A stretch of DNA of 64,000 nucleotides from Octopus vulgaris. Its lineage: Eukaryota. Below, one piece after another: positions 37,838-50,935 of this stretch; position 1 is the first letter of the stretch; the number at the start of each line of letters is the position of its first letter. Made by a program: the position numbers and the translations under genes. The notes below the pieces were generated by a model. That model did no database searches and was not told the DNA's origin. It saw only the letters and a program-made list of their open reading frames with translations. The stretch is from NCBI GenBank assembly GCA_951406725.2, contig OX597835.1, positions 24,056,001 to 24,120,000 of the forward strand. Reading direction: 5' to 3'.

Positions 37838-39474
37838 AGAATCGTTAGTGCTTCGCACAAAAGTGCTTAGCGCCATAAGTTCCTGCTGTTTGTGTTCTGA
37901 GATCGAATTCCGCCAAGGTGTACTCCACCTTTCATCCTTTCGGTGACGAAAAAAGTAAAGTACCCGTCAAATACTGGGGTCGACGGAATTGACTTACCCC
38001 TCCACTCAAACTTGCTCGTCTCTTTGCCCTACTTAGAAAGAATTAGACATACCGTACATTTAAAGGTCTGGTGTGTGTGTGTAAATATAGACGTTTTAAC
38101 GGACCCCGGTTGTTGGTACCGATCTGATATAGGTACGACGCGTATAGTACCACAAACATAGTGAAGCAGTAGTAATAGATATAGTGGATTAAGATCTAAA
38201 TACGGTGTACCTCATGGAGTATGTATAAGTCTTATTACTGAGTCTATCTCCTAGGAAGCTAATTCCATGCTGAGCACGTCTTCGTAACAGTTTCGTCCAG
38301 AAAGGTACATAGGTGTACTTTGTGCCCTAATTGCTCATTACATGCAATTTACACTCACACCCTGTGATTGTTGGTTGCTAAGGGATTCTATTTTTGTGAC
38401 ACTGTCTCGTGAGCGATACAGTTCTCGAAATAGAACGCCCCTTAGCAGGAGACTTGCTGTATACGATGTGGGAAGGGTTAGGTCTTCTGGTGCTTCTCTC
38501 TATATATTCGCGTTGGAACCTCAAAAAATTCATGATTTTGTTAATATTTGCTGAGGTGCATGCATGACTGTGTGGTAGGAATTTTTCTTCCCAACCACAT
38601 GGTTCCGGGTTCAGTTCCACTGCGTGGTTCCTTGGGCGAGTGTCGTCTACTAAAGCCTCGTGTCAACCAAAGCCTTGTGAGTGGATTTGGTAGACGGAAA
38701 CTGAAAGAAGCCCATCATGTCTCTCTCACACACATACATACACACACACACACACATATATATATATACATACATACATGCATATATATATAATGTATGT
38801 CTTTGTGTTTGTCTCCCACCACTGTTTGACAACCGGTGTTAGAATGTTTACGTCCTTGTATTTTAGCGGTTCAGCGTAAGAGACTGATAGAATAAACCAA
38901 TAAATAAATACTGAGTTCGATTCATTCGGCTAAAAAAAAGAGAAAAATTAAGGCAGTGCCCCAGCAAGGCCGCACTCTAATGACTGAAATAAGTAAAAGA
39001 TATCTCATTAAGACTGATCGTAATGTGCTCTACGGGGATCCGTATTTGTCTTCTTGCTAAATCTGTGCGCACATACACACTCGTCCATTCATACATTTCA
39101 GAACCTCGTAGAATCTAATTTGATCTTTCGAGAGGCTCTAAGTGTACGTAACGGAGTCGGGTGGGTGTGGGCCTGGGTAAGTACGAAATATCAAGAGGAC
39201 AAATATTTGTTATGATAAGGTCTATAGAGGAATGTAACGAAATCTGAGAGCGAAAACTATGAAATAGTCATGTGTAGGTGTGTGTGTGGGGGGAGCGTGG
39301 TAACATGCTTTTACAAATGTGTCGCAACACACAGCCCACGCATGCGTGCAGTCACACACACTCACTCGCCGTATTTCAAAGCTTATAAGATGCAACTCAG
39401 TTTTGGCAATCTCTGTTGAGCAACTCTTATCTAGTAACCACCCCGTCCTCTCCATCGTGTCTGTGTATGTTTGC

Positions 39475-39520
<46 letters not shown>

Positions 39521-39523
<3 letters not shown>

Positions 39524-39695
39524 AAGAATTCACACACAAAAAAAACATAAGACGAAGACAGGTGGTGTAGACAACAAACAGATGTATTAGTATAACGCTC
39601 GGGAAGTGAAAAAGTCTTTAACGTTTCGAGCCTACGCTCTTCCACAGAAAGGAACAAGGAGAGAAAATAAAGAACGTGTAGTGGCTAGCGATCTA
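39521..39695 (-). mobile_element. short PLE-like element with minimal hammerhead motif in (TA)n
   Basis: Minus CTTT-CTGTGGA-AGAGC-GTAG-GCTC-GAAA-CG-TT-AAAG at 39616-39651; (TA)n on both sides. Confidence 0.68.
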
Positions 39696-40335
39696 TATAT
39701 ATATATACACACACAGTGCAGGGGCGTGGCTTACTGGTTAGGGTATTTAGCTGACAATCGTAAGGTCGTGAAATCTATACCCGGCGTTGCTTTATGTCCT
39801 TCAACATTTTATTTCGTCAGAGTGAAAAAGTCGAGAAAAAAAAGAAAAAGAAGCTTTCTTGCCAGTTTTATGGTAGTTTTATATTCATCCTCTGCTGGTT
39901 GCATATCCTTAGCTTTTTCTACATTTCATCTGCCAATTATGAAGCATTGCAACTATTACGTAATTCTGAACCCCCAGAAATAGTCGTCGGACATGAAATA
40001 CCATGCTCTGTCCCTTCAATGTTCTGTATGTTTTTGTGCTCCATGTTAATTTGTTTTGTAAGTATGTGTCTGTGTTTGTCCCCCAAGCATTGCTTGACAA
40101 CCGATGCTGGTGTGTTTATGTCCCCGTCACTTAGCGGTTCGGCAAAAGAGACCGATAGAATAAGTACTGGGCTTACAAAGAATAAGTCCCGGGGTCGATT
40201 TGCTCGACTAAAGGTGGTGCTCCAGCATGGCCGCAGTCAATTGACTGAAACAAGTAAAAGAGTATATAAATATATATATATATATAAGCTTATACATGAG
40301 TGTTCATCTGGATGTATTCAGTCTTTGTCTCTCTG

Positions 40336-40384
<49 letters not shown>

Positions 40385-40970
40385 CATGAACAAGTGTTTA
40401 TATACATCTCTCTTTCTCTCTCTCCCCTTCTCCCCCTCTCTCTCTCTATATATATATATATTTCTAGGACTTTATGAACAAAAAAATGGGCACTTTATAA
40501 GCCGTCAGATACTGTCTGTTTTAGTTGTGTGTGTATGTGTGTAATTCCGAGTTCTGGCGCGTTTCGAAATTGCGAGTTCTTGGGTTTCGATATCCCTGCC
40601 CAGTATACTTTGCCCAGTATATCTTTCTACCGGAGCTTCCAAGCGATCAATCCTTTTGAGTGAAACTCGGTCTCTCATCAGCTAGTCTGTACCTTAGGTA
40701 TCTTCCATTTGACTTAGAGAATCCGATTTTTCGTTTATATTTCGAAATTTCCAGCACATTTTGTCTACCGGGGCCACGGAAAATACTAGAATTTATAAGC
40801 GGTTTCTGTTTTAAAGACAAAGTCAGCAATTTTGATGGGGGAGGTGGGAATTAGTTGGAATTAGATGGAAAGCAAATTCAACCTCATTGGAGTTTGAGCT
40901 AAGTATTAAAGTCAGAAGAAATGCCACAAAACATTTTGTCTGACACGCTAACGATTCTGCCTGCTTGCCC

Positions 40971-41214
40971 CAATTGTTCTCAACCATGTTTTGCTTACAG
41001 ACCCCTTTTGGTTCCTATTTTACTTGGATGGAGCCTCCTAGCCATTCGATACTTAAAAATTATTCTATTTTTATAATTAAATATTAGGAATTGTATAAGA
41101 AAAATAATTTGGGTATTTTAACAATATAAACAATTCATTGCTCATAAATTTTTAGCAACAAAATCTTATGTGGACCCCCAAGGGTCATATGGACCCTTGG
41201 GTTGAGAACCACCG
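40971..41214. mobile_element. hAT (Charlie-like) MITE, degenerate
   Basis: CAATTGTTCTCAACC ... GGTTGAGAACCACCG TIRs; related partial copy at about 29595-29725; TSD not preserved. Confidence 0.65.
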
Positions 41215-43229
41215 ACTTAGACGATAAATAGAAAAGAAGCTTGCTTCCAAACCACATGGTTCCTGGTTCAGCCCCACTTTGTAGCACCTTGGGAAAGTGT
41301 CTTGTGCTATAGCTGACCAAAACCTGGTGAGTGGATTTGGTAGACGGAAACTGAAAGAAGCCCGTCGTGTGTGTGCGTGTCTGTTTGTCTCTCCATACCG
41401 TTTGACAACCGGTGTTACTGTGTTCACATCTCCGTAACATAGCGGTACGGCAAACAAGACCAATAGAATAAGTACCAGGTTAAAGAAATAATCCCTGGGG
41501 TCGATTTGTTCGACTAAAACCCTTCAAGGTGGTGCTCTAGTATGGCCGCAGTCAACTGACTGAAACAAGTGAAAAAGAAAATGACATAAAAGAAATTATG
41601 TTTTTGTTTTCCTATTTCTTTTCCCTTTTCTTGTTTTCCCATTTATTTTCCCTTTTCTTGTTTTCCCATTTTTTCCCCCTTTTTCGTCTTTTTCCATTTT
41701 AAAGATTTTTTTTTTTTTTTGCTTTAATGTTGTAACTTAATTATTTCTTTGTGTCTGCAGCGGAGCGTCAAGTACAATTTTGTGCATTATTAGCAGTTGT
41801 TGTTTTTTTTTTTATGTTGTTGGAGTGAAAAGGATTAAGATATTTTCAATTGCGAAAACATCTTAATAAGGTTGGTTTGATGAGGCTTTCTCAGTCTTTT
41901 TTAGATGCGATTAAGTTGTTTAGTAAAGAGTATATTAAACCTACTTTAGTTAATTATTTTCCCTTTCTTGTTCGTCCATTTATATTATGTTTTGTTTTAT
42001 TTTCATGAATATTATATAATAGTTACTTTTTGGGGAATGTGGTGGTGGTGGGCGCATAAGTATAATCTCTATATATAAACGGCAAAATGTCTGTGTGCAT
42101 GTCCTTTATACAAATCGACAATTTTTCAGTTAGAGGGATCGCACTTTCTATGGTCATTAAGAACCATCCAAGGGTGGTCGTGCACATCTTTACATTTCCC
42201 CACTCACCCCGCAAAGCCATTAAAAAATCAATGGAAGTGACTTTTTTGTGAATTTTCTATCCAAAACCCAATTGAATGCCAGCTAGCTGTATGTGATTGG
42301 TCGGCGATTTGGACAGTATTCGCGTGTATGTGCCCACGCACGCAGCTGTATATGCATAGTTAGAGAAGGGGAAACGGTATCTATGGCTGCGCACGGTATC
42401 TATGACTTGTTGTAGTGAGGGAGGGCAGTATTCGAAAAGCGGAAGGCTTTGTCCTGAATGCTTGTAACAGAACGGACTTCGGTAAAGACAGCCAAGGACC
42501 AGGCGGGGGTGTTAAACCGAGTGTCGGATTCAGTGCACAACCCGAAGAAATAATGGTAGGGTGAGGTAAATTTATCCACCGCTGTGTAGTAGCTTGTATG
42601 CCTTTTAACGGGTTTGGTTAGCATTTCTCTGGCATAATTACAAGTTCTTGGTTCTAATGAGTCGAGGAAAGAAATACAAGAAAACGATTTGCAATTAACT
42701 GCGAGGCTTTATTCAACCGCTGAATGAATTTGTACAACAACTGGTTGGTTACATCATGATGATAACTGTCTGAAGAAAATATACAGATTTGCTTCTCAAA
42801 TCAGTCGAAACTTGGTGATGTGTGCTTGGCAGACAGGAACAGAAATACGTGACATTCCTTCTTGCTGTCTCTCATTCTCTGTGTTTATAGGTGCGATACA
42901 AAAGGGGACACACGTTGCGTGTCAAATTTACCTGCAAAACAACTCTCCTCTCTTTCTGAAGATTCCCACCTCACTGGCGAAAACAGTAAAGATTCTCATT
43001 TAAAGATGCCATCAGGCTCCAGAGAGCAAGCATTATTTTACCGCGCTTGGTCTGTCATGTGATTCGATTGAACAGTTAACGTATCCAATCTCAACAACGG
43101 ACTCGGTCAATGTATTACACCATCACATGACCAAGTCACGTGACCAAGCGTAGAAAACCTGAATATGAGCCATTTTCTGACTATTTAACCCTAGTTAGGC
43201 GATCTAGTAACATCCACTTCCTACAACCT

Positions 43230-43630
43230 CAATAACCTTGAGAGCTATTCCAACGGAGTGCAGCTCTTGGTAGGGTTTGCTATGCTGGGTAGGTCAAACG
43301 ATAGAGGCTTGACTAATATGGACCCCATGTTTTCCCAGATGTGAAAATGGGTTTTGCTTAGAGCCAATACCCTTACCTAGAAAAAAAAAAGCAAGTTACA
43401 GAATCATTGGTGACCATTCTGAACCAATAAAATCTGGGAGAGGAAGGCCTTCTCTCGAGAGAACGTATGCCTGAAGTGTAGGTGTGGATGAAACTCAAAA
43501 AGGGGACAAGAGAAGCTGAAAAAAACACAGGAGTTCGACTGGAGAGGAGTAGAAAAGATAGTCCTGAGTAGAAACCGGTGGAGAAAAGTAACCGGTGACT
43601 TTTGCTCCATGAAGAGCAAAGGGATTAAGT
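43230..43630 (+). mobile_element. internally deleted RTE-derived element
   Basis: Same landmarks as 11190-11590; ends RNRWRKVTGDFCSMKSKG + GGGATTAAG. Confidence 0.55.
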
Positions 43631-43986
43631 GAGTAATAAGTAGACTGATCTATTGATAGAGATGATTTAGTACTAGCGGTTGAAACTAATTAGAAATGTA
43701 TGCGATGAAATTAGATAAATTACAACTTTTATTGAATTTAATTAAATTTAATTCTATGGTGACAAGAGATAAATAGGTGAATTCATGTTGAAGAGATAAA
43801 CAGGTGAATTTGCGATGACACATATGTGGAGAGCATTAAACAATAATAACTTAGAAATATAATTAGGTGATGAGATTGACAAAGATAGGCAGACGTTGAT
43901 ATATAGCGAAGTTAGTGTTGACATATTTAATGCAAGAGTGAGATATGCATACATATAATAAACATTAAATATAGTTCTGCAATCAA

Positions 43987-44033
<47 letters not shown>

Positions 44034-44216
44034 CTATCTATATATATATATATATATAATGCGATACACGATTTTGTGTATATATATAATTGTTTGAGTA
44101 ACGTTTTAGCGTTTGAAGCTGTTGAATTTCTTCCTCTTGTTAAGATTTATTATGTTTTGTGAACCATTCTACTCGAGCTGGAGTCGTTCTGTTTATTATT
44201 ATTATTATTATTAGTA

Positions 44217-44890
44217 TGGTGAGCTGGCAGAAACGTTAGCACGCCGGGCGAAATGCTTAGCGGTATTTCGTTTGCCGCTACGTTCTGAGTTCAAATTCCG
44301 CCGAGGTCGACTTTGCCTTTCATCCTTTCGGGGTCGATAAATTAAGTACCAGTTACGCCCTGGGTCGATATAATCGACTTAATCCGTTTGTCTGTCCTTG
44401 TTTGTCCTCTCTGTGTGTAGCCTCTTGTGGGCAGTAAAGAAATAGGTATTTCGTCTGACTCTACATTCTGAGTTCAAATTCCGCCGAGGTCGACTTTGTC
44501 TTCTTTTCGAGGTCGATAAATTAAGTACCAGTTACGTACTGGGGTCGATCTAATCGACTGGCTCCCTCCCTCCAAATTTCAGGCCTTGTGCCTAGAGCAG
44601 AAAGGATTATTATTATTTTTGGGGAAGTTCCTTCTGCTATCTTCATTGTCTCATAATGTTTTAATGTTCATGCAGCGAGCTGGCAGAATCGTTAGCACGC
44701 TGGACGACATGCTTGGCGACATTTCGCCCGTCGCTGCATTCTGAGTTCAAATTCCGCCGAGGTTGATTTTGCCTTTCATCCCTTTCGAGGTCGATAAATT
44801 AAGTACCAGTTGCATATTAGGGTTGATCAAATCGACTGCCCCCTCCCCCAACATTTCAGGCTTGTGCCAAAAGTAGAAAGGATTATTTTA
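44217..44890 (+). mobile_element. cluster of three tandem/nested SINE A copies
   Basis: A1 44217-44446, headless A2 44447-44612, A2 44672-44890. Confidence 0.9.
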
Positions 44891-45929
44891 TTTATTTTCT
44901 GGGATGTTCCTTCCGCTATCTTCATTGTCCCATAATGTTTTAATGTTCATAAATTCCGATGCTTTGCCCTGCATTGCAACATTCATAAGAAATTTCGATG
45001 TTATTTTATCGTTTGGTCTGCCGGAGTATCTATAGTCTAGGCAGTGAAATAGCCTGAATTGTGTTGCGGTTAGGGTTAGGAACACTTTGAAATTACAGAT
45101 TGAAAATTCAGAAAGCCATGATGAACTTCCGCTGTGAATCATACATGTAAAGTATTTTGAGGGTGATAAATGTAATTTTCTTATTTTCCTGTTATTTTGG
45201 GTTTTTTTTTCTTTTACCTACTTCCTTATCCTCTAATTATAACTTTCATCATTAACTTTCCCAACAATAATTCCGCCATTGTCGACGGTTCAGGTATTAG
45301 TTATTTTAATAACTGTAGAAAAAAAAAAAAAAAAAAAAAAACGGGAGACAACTGCAGCTATGTTTCGGTTTTATGAAGTCTTCATTAGCGACAGTGTAGC
45401 AGATTTCTGTGTACTTGCCGAAGTTAGTGATGACAGACTGACTAAGCAAATATGTCAAAAAATTGTAGATTCATTTACGTAAGAAAACAGAATAAATGAC
45501 CGAGACACAATGTCTGCATGAAGAGATGATGGTTAGGTTCGATATTAAAATGTTTGATACACGGAACATTATTGAAAGCTAACTAAAAATAAGTATGGTG
45601 AAGTAAAAACCACGTTGATGTCACTGCAATTGTTGATCGGAGGGTGGGCGAATGAATGACGTAAGAGCTAGCTAAATTTAACGTAGTTTTTAAATTCAGT
45701 TCGGCGGCCATAGTTTTGGTGTCGTACAGGCTACTGGAGTATTGTTATTTGTACGATTTAATGTTGGTGGTGGTGTGGTGAGAGTAGTAATATTGGTAAT
45801 ATTGTGTGCGCGTGACGCAGGCATGGTTGTGTGGTAATAAGATTGCTTACCTACCTACCACATAGTTCCAGGTTTAGTCACACTGCATGGCACCTTGAGC
45901 AAGTGCCGACCAAAGCCTGAAAGAAGCCT

Positions 45930-45977
<48 letters not shown>

Positions 45978-45978
<1 letters not shown>

Positions 45979-46121
45979 TGGAGTAAACACATAAATGTGA
46001 AACAAGGTGGAAAAAAGAGTACTCAAATACCAGTGGTAGAGTAATATGCTTTATTTAAAGCAGAGGGAACGTGAAACTCAGAGTAACAGGTTTTGTTGAA
46101 TTTTCCGCTGCTTTAAATAAA

Positions 46122-46127
<6 letters not shown>
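45978..46127. mobile_element. mini fold-back PLE-like element in the (TA)n of a SINE B
   Basis: 20-bp inverted repeat 46044-46063/46108-46127 enclosing GAAA-CTC-A-GAG-TA (3' half of a hammerhead). Confidence 0.6.
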
Positions 46128-46165
<38 letters not shown>

Positions 46166-47612
46166 TGGTGCCCCAGCATGACCGCAACTTTAAAGCTGAA
46201 GCAATTTAAAGAATTGTATGTATGTGTGTGTGTGTGTGTATATCTTTATGTCTGTTTGTTCCCCTGCCACTGCTTCAGAACCGGTGTTGGTGTGTTTACG
46301 TCTCCGTAACTTAGTGGTTCTGCAAAATAGGCCGACAGAATAAGAACTAGGCTTTAAAACAAAACGAAACAAAACAAAAAACATCCTGGGGATTGATTTC
46401 TTAGACTAAAAAAAAACCCTTCAAGGCGGTGCTCCTGCATGGCCGCAGTCAAATGACTAAAACAAGTAAATGTGTGTGTGAGACAATATTAATGATGTGT
46501 GTAGTGGTGGTGGTGGTAGTACTGACAGTCGTGTGTAAATGTTTGTTGGTGCATTTGGTATTACTGGGTGTGTCGTGCTAGTAGTATGTCTGGTGAATAG
46601 TAGTGGTGGTAGTGTTATTGACGTGTGGTGGTGGTAGTAGTATTTCTAGTGTGTGCAATAGTAGTTGATATATATATATACACACACACACACATACACA
46701 ACGGGCTTCTTTCAGTTTCCATCTACCAAATCTACTCACAAGGCTTTGGTCTGCCCGAGGCTTATAGTAAAAGACACTTATTCAAGGTGCCATGCAGTGG
46801 GACTGAACGCAGAATACTGTGGTTGGAAAGCAGATTTCTTACCACAGTCACGCTTTATTTATTTATTTATTTATTTAGTTATTATTTGATATTCTTGTTT
46901 CATTCATCGAGAATTATGATTCTGAAAAAAATAAGAAGTGTTTTCCAAAAATAGCAAATATTTCCTTTTCCATTTTCCCCCCTCGCCCCTTCCTTTTCCA
47001 TTTTCAAGACGTATGAGACGTCGAGAGACAACTATTGGGGAAATTCCGTTGACTGAAGAAGTTAATTCCAACCGTGGCCTTCTCGTTTGTTTGTTTGTCC
47101 CCCCACCCCCACCCCCACCCCACCCCACCCCACCCCTTTGTATCGGAAAGCTTTATTTAAGACGGAACTGGTGTGGTTTGAGGAAGAAATATTTAGCTGC
47201 TATTTCTAGCTGGCTGAGTGCATGCGTAAGTGGCTCCGTTTGAGCTTGTCGTGGTGGCGGTGGTGGTGATGGTGACGTGTTACAGGTGCGACTGGTGGTG
47301 GTGGTGGTGGTGTGTAGTTTTGATAAGTCAACCTGATCTAGGTCACAGTCTATATATAGCAACCGACGCTGATCGAAATGCTGGAATGTGACCCAGAAAT
47401 ACTCTGTACCTGCATCGGTGTTAATCATTTCAGTTATTAGACTACGGCCATGCTGGAGCACCGCCTTGAGTTTTTAGTTGAGCCAGTCGGCCCTAGTAGT
47501 CATTGATTTTATTTTTTTTTTGTTTTAAACTTGGTACTTATTCTGTCGAACCACTAAGTTGCGGGGATGTAAACACACCAACACCGGTTTTCAAGCGGTG
47601 GTAGGACACACA

Positions 47613-47662
<50 letters not shown>

Positions 47663-49149
47663 GCTAAGTTATGGGAACGAAAAGACCATCGGTTTGTCAA
47701 GCGGTTGTAGGACACTGTGTGTGTGTGTGGGGGGGGGGGCAGTGGGCTTTCAGTTTCTGTCAACCATATTAACTCAAAGCTGTGGTCGGCCCGAGGCCAT
47801 TATAAGAAAACACTTGTCCGAGGTGTCACGCATAGGCACTGAACCCGGAACCCGACACCACGTGGTTGGGAAGCGAACTTCTTACCACACATCCACACCC
47901 ACATCCACACCTGCGCCTATTGTGACAAATTGACTAGGAAGCACCTCCACATTATTTTGCCTAAACAGGTCACCCAAGAAAATTCCGTGGACTGCTGAAC
48001 TGGTCAGTCCAGCACTCCACAGACAGTTTCCAAGCTGTTCACTGGTCCCGGTGATCCTTTAAATCCGTGTACGGGTCAAAACCAAATGCGATACCTCTGA
48101 CCCACGTTAATTTCTTTGTTGCATTCTGTTTACTCTCTTGCTCATTTCAGCCATGCGGCTGCGGTCATGCTGGAGCACCTCTGTTTGTGAAACAAAAAAA
48201 AAAACAAAAAAAATTCGTCCTTCCCCCCATTAATTTACCGTATTCTTGCCGAAATACTTCGCAGTATATCACCTGATGAAATGGCTAATCTTGTTTCCCA
48301 GCTACATGGTTCCGGGTTCAGTCCCACTGCGTGGCACCTTGGGCAAGTGTCTTCTACTTAGCTTCGAGCCAACCAAAGCCTTGTGAGTGGATTTGGTAGA
48401 CGGAAACTGAAAGAAGCCTGTCGTGTATGTGTGTATTCACTTTTTATTTGTTTCATTCATTTAACTGTGGCCATGCTGGAGCAGCACCATTAGTCAAAGA
48501 AATCGACCCTAGGGTTTATTCTTTGTAAGCCTCATACTTATTCTATTGGTATCTTTTGCCGAACTGCTAAGTTACGGTGACACAAACACACCAGCAAGCT
48601 ATGGTGGGGGCACAAACATACACACTCTACCAAATCTACTTGCAAGGCATTGGTCGGCTTGAGGCTATAGTAGAAGTCACTTGCCCAAGGTGCCACGCGG
48701 TGGGACTGAACACACAACCATGTGGTTGATAAGCAAGCAACTTACCAGACAGCCATTCCTGTGCTTATATATATATATTAGTGTTTGTGTCTGTGTTTGA
48801 CCCCATCCTCCGCTTGACAACTGGTGTTGTGTTTACGTCCTCGGCGGCGGCGATGACGGTGCTGACGGCAGTGGTGGTAATATGGTGACGGCGATAGTGT
48901 TGATGGCGTAGTTGTATCGACTAAAACAGTCCGTCTGGGAATGACCACCTTTTCTTTAATGTTCCTTTGTTGCCCACCTTGTATCAAGTCCTGTCCTAAC
49001 TTGTCTGCTGTCTGATGATCAGCGGCGGATTGGCGGAGTCTTATTTTCCTGCTTGATTCACACAAGCAGACGATGTGGTTTGTACGCGTCGTGTGGTTTA
49101 TGTGTACGGCGGAGAGGAGGAGGAGGAGGGTGAGATGCTGAAGGAGATT

Positions 49150-49490
49150 GGTAGAGGGAGTAAGTGAGAGAGAGAGAGAGAGAAAGAAAGAAAGAAAGAA
49201 AGGCGTGCTGGAGAAAGAGATTGATGGAAAGAGGCGAGAGAGAGAGAAGGGGAGGGAGAGGGTACTGGAGAAAGAGAAAGCAGAGATTATGTGGAGATGT
49301 GGGGGAGGCTATGGACGTAGAGAGAAGCGGGAAAGATTATGGATGTGGGGAGAGAGAGAGGAGGGGATATTATGGAGAGAGAGAGAGGGGGGATATTATG
49401 GAAAGAGAGAGGGGATATTATGGAAAGAGAGAGAGGAGGGGATATTATGAATGAGGAGAGGGGGGAATATGGAAAGAGAGAGAGGGAGAG
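49150..49490. repeat. GA-rich minisatellite
   Basis: About five GAGAGAG(G)GGGATATTATGG units in a purine-rich tract. Confidence 0.85.
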
Positions 49491-49889
49491 GTTATAGTTG
49501 TAGAGAGTGAGAATGAGGTGTTATACGTAGTGAGAGCGGGATCTTTAGGCCGGGAATAAAGAAGGTGTAGGTATGTAGAGAGAGGGGGCATGTTGAAGGT
49601 AGAGGAAGTAGGGAGTATTTTCGGTCGGGAAAAGAGAGACGGATAGAGAATTGTTGATCGATACTTGTGAGTGTGTGAGAGAGAAACAAGGAGAATGGTT
49701 AATAATGTTTAATTGTTGGCCAGTTCTGCTAAAGCTGGCCTATCATCAAGTGCATTGCAGCGGTGGCCATTCTCATTTTTTAAAATTCCTTATGTACCGT
49801 AGGGAACTGAGTACCACCATTAACTTAGATAACTTTGATAGGTTTCGGCCAGTACAGGCCCAGGCAATGTCTAACTTAATATAAGCACC

Positions 49890-50075
49890 ACCTGGTGAAG
49901 TCTTTCAGTCTTACATAGGGCACCATGACCGACGCTAGCAAAGAGTTATTATTGTTGGAGACATATCCGGGTGTAGGAGGCTGGTCCGAGATTTTTTGGA
50001 GAAATTTGTCCAGAGAACTTTCGAATTTTATGGGTTCCGTTTCCGTTTTGACGTATTTTGGTAAAGTAGTTGTGT
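49890..50075 (-). mobile_element. CR1-group LINE 3' end fragment
   Basis: LPKYVKTETEPIKFESSLDKFLQKISDQPPTPGY matches the LP...FK..LD.FL C-terminal LINE pattern. Confidence 0.7.
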
Positions 50076-50870
50076 CGTAATGTTTTATGTCCTGAGTTCG
50101 ATGTGTCCTCTCTAAAGTGGTTGCGATGTGACTTGTGGAAAATTTGGCTGCTATTTCTAGTAGATCGGATAACTCTGTCGAGCAGTCATGTACAATCTGC
50201 GGTCCGCAAGAGCCAGCATGTTGCACACAAGCATTGAGCCATGTGGTGGTTTGGAGAGACTAGCTCGCTTCTGTTGCTTTGACTGTGTTCTGAATTCTGA
50301 TTCTGCCGAGGCCAGTTTTGTTTTTCGTCCTTTCCGGGTCGATAAATAAAGCCCCAAACCCAAGGCAGTGGATTGGCAGAACTGTTAAAGCATTGGACGG
50401 GTTGCCTTTTGATATCTGTTCCAGTTCTTTGAGCTGTGGTGCTAATGACACGGTGAGGACACGGTGTCATTAGCCAAGAAATGAACTGGAACGCCGGATG
50501 AGAGCTAAAGGAAGATTACCAAAAACTGCACCATCAGAAGGAACCAGCCTTGGCTTTTTACTCTGAGGAATTCGGTATCTGCCTGGATATTATATCCGTC
50601 CTCTCGCTATGTATTCTTTTATTCTTTTACTTGTTTCAGTCATTTCACTGCGGCCATGCTGGAGCACCGCCTTTTTTTTTATTCGAAGAAATCGGCCCCA
50701 GAACTCAGTCTTTGTAAGTCTGGTACTTATACTATCGGTCCCTTTTGCCGAACGGCCAGGTTACGGGAACGTGAACACAACAACACCGGTTGTCAAGCGA
50801 TGGTAAGGGGACCACTGACACACACAAATGCACGCACACACACACACACACACACATACACATACACACA

Positions 50871-50935
<65 letters not shown>

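Noticed and set aside
42862-43062. Possible exon after TTTATAG acceptor
   Set aside because: No recognisable protein and no convincing donor; insufficient support.
44888-45142. 84-aa minus-strand ORF
   Set aside because: Runs into the duplicated SINE flank; no homology recognised.
49010-49040. CTGATGA as a hammerhead core (also ~48273)
   Set aside because: No stem II plus GAAA plus stem I pairing nearby.
49330-49480. Regularly spaced repeats resembling a CRISPR array
   Set aside because: Spacers are GA runs, not unique sequence; eukaryotic minisatellite with no cas genes.
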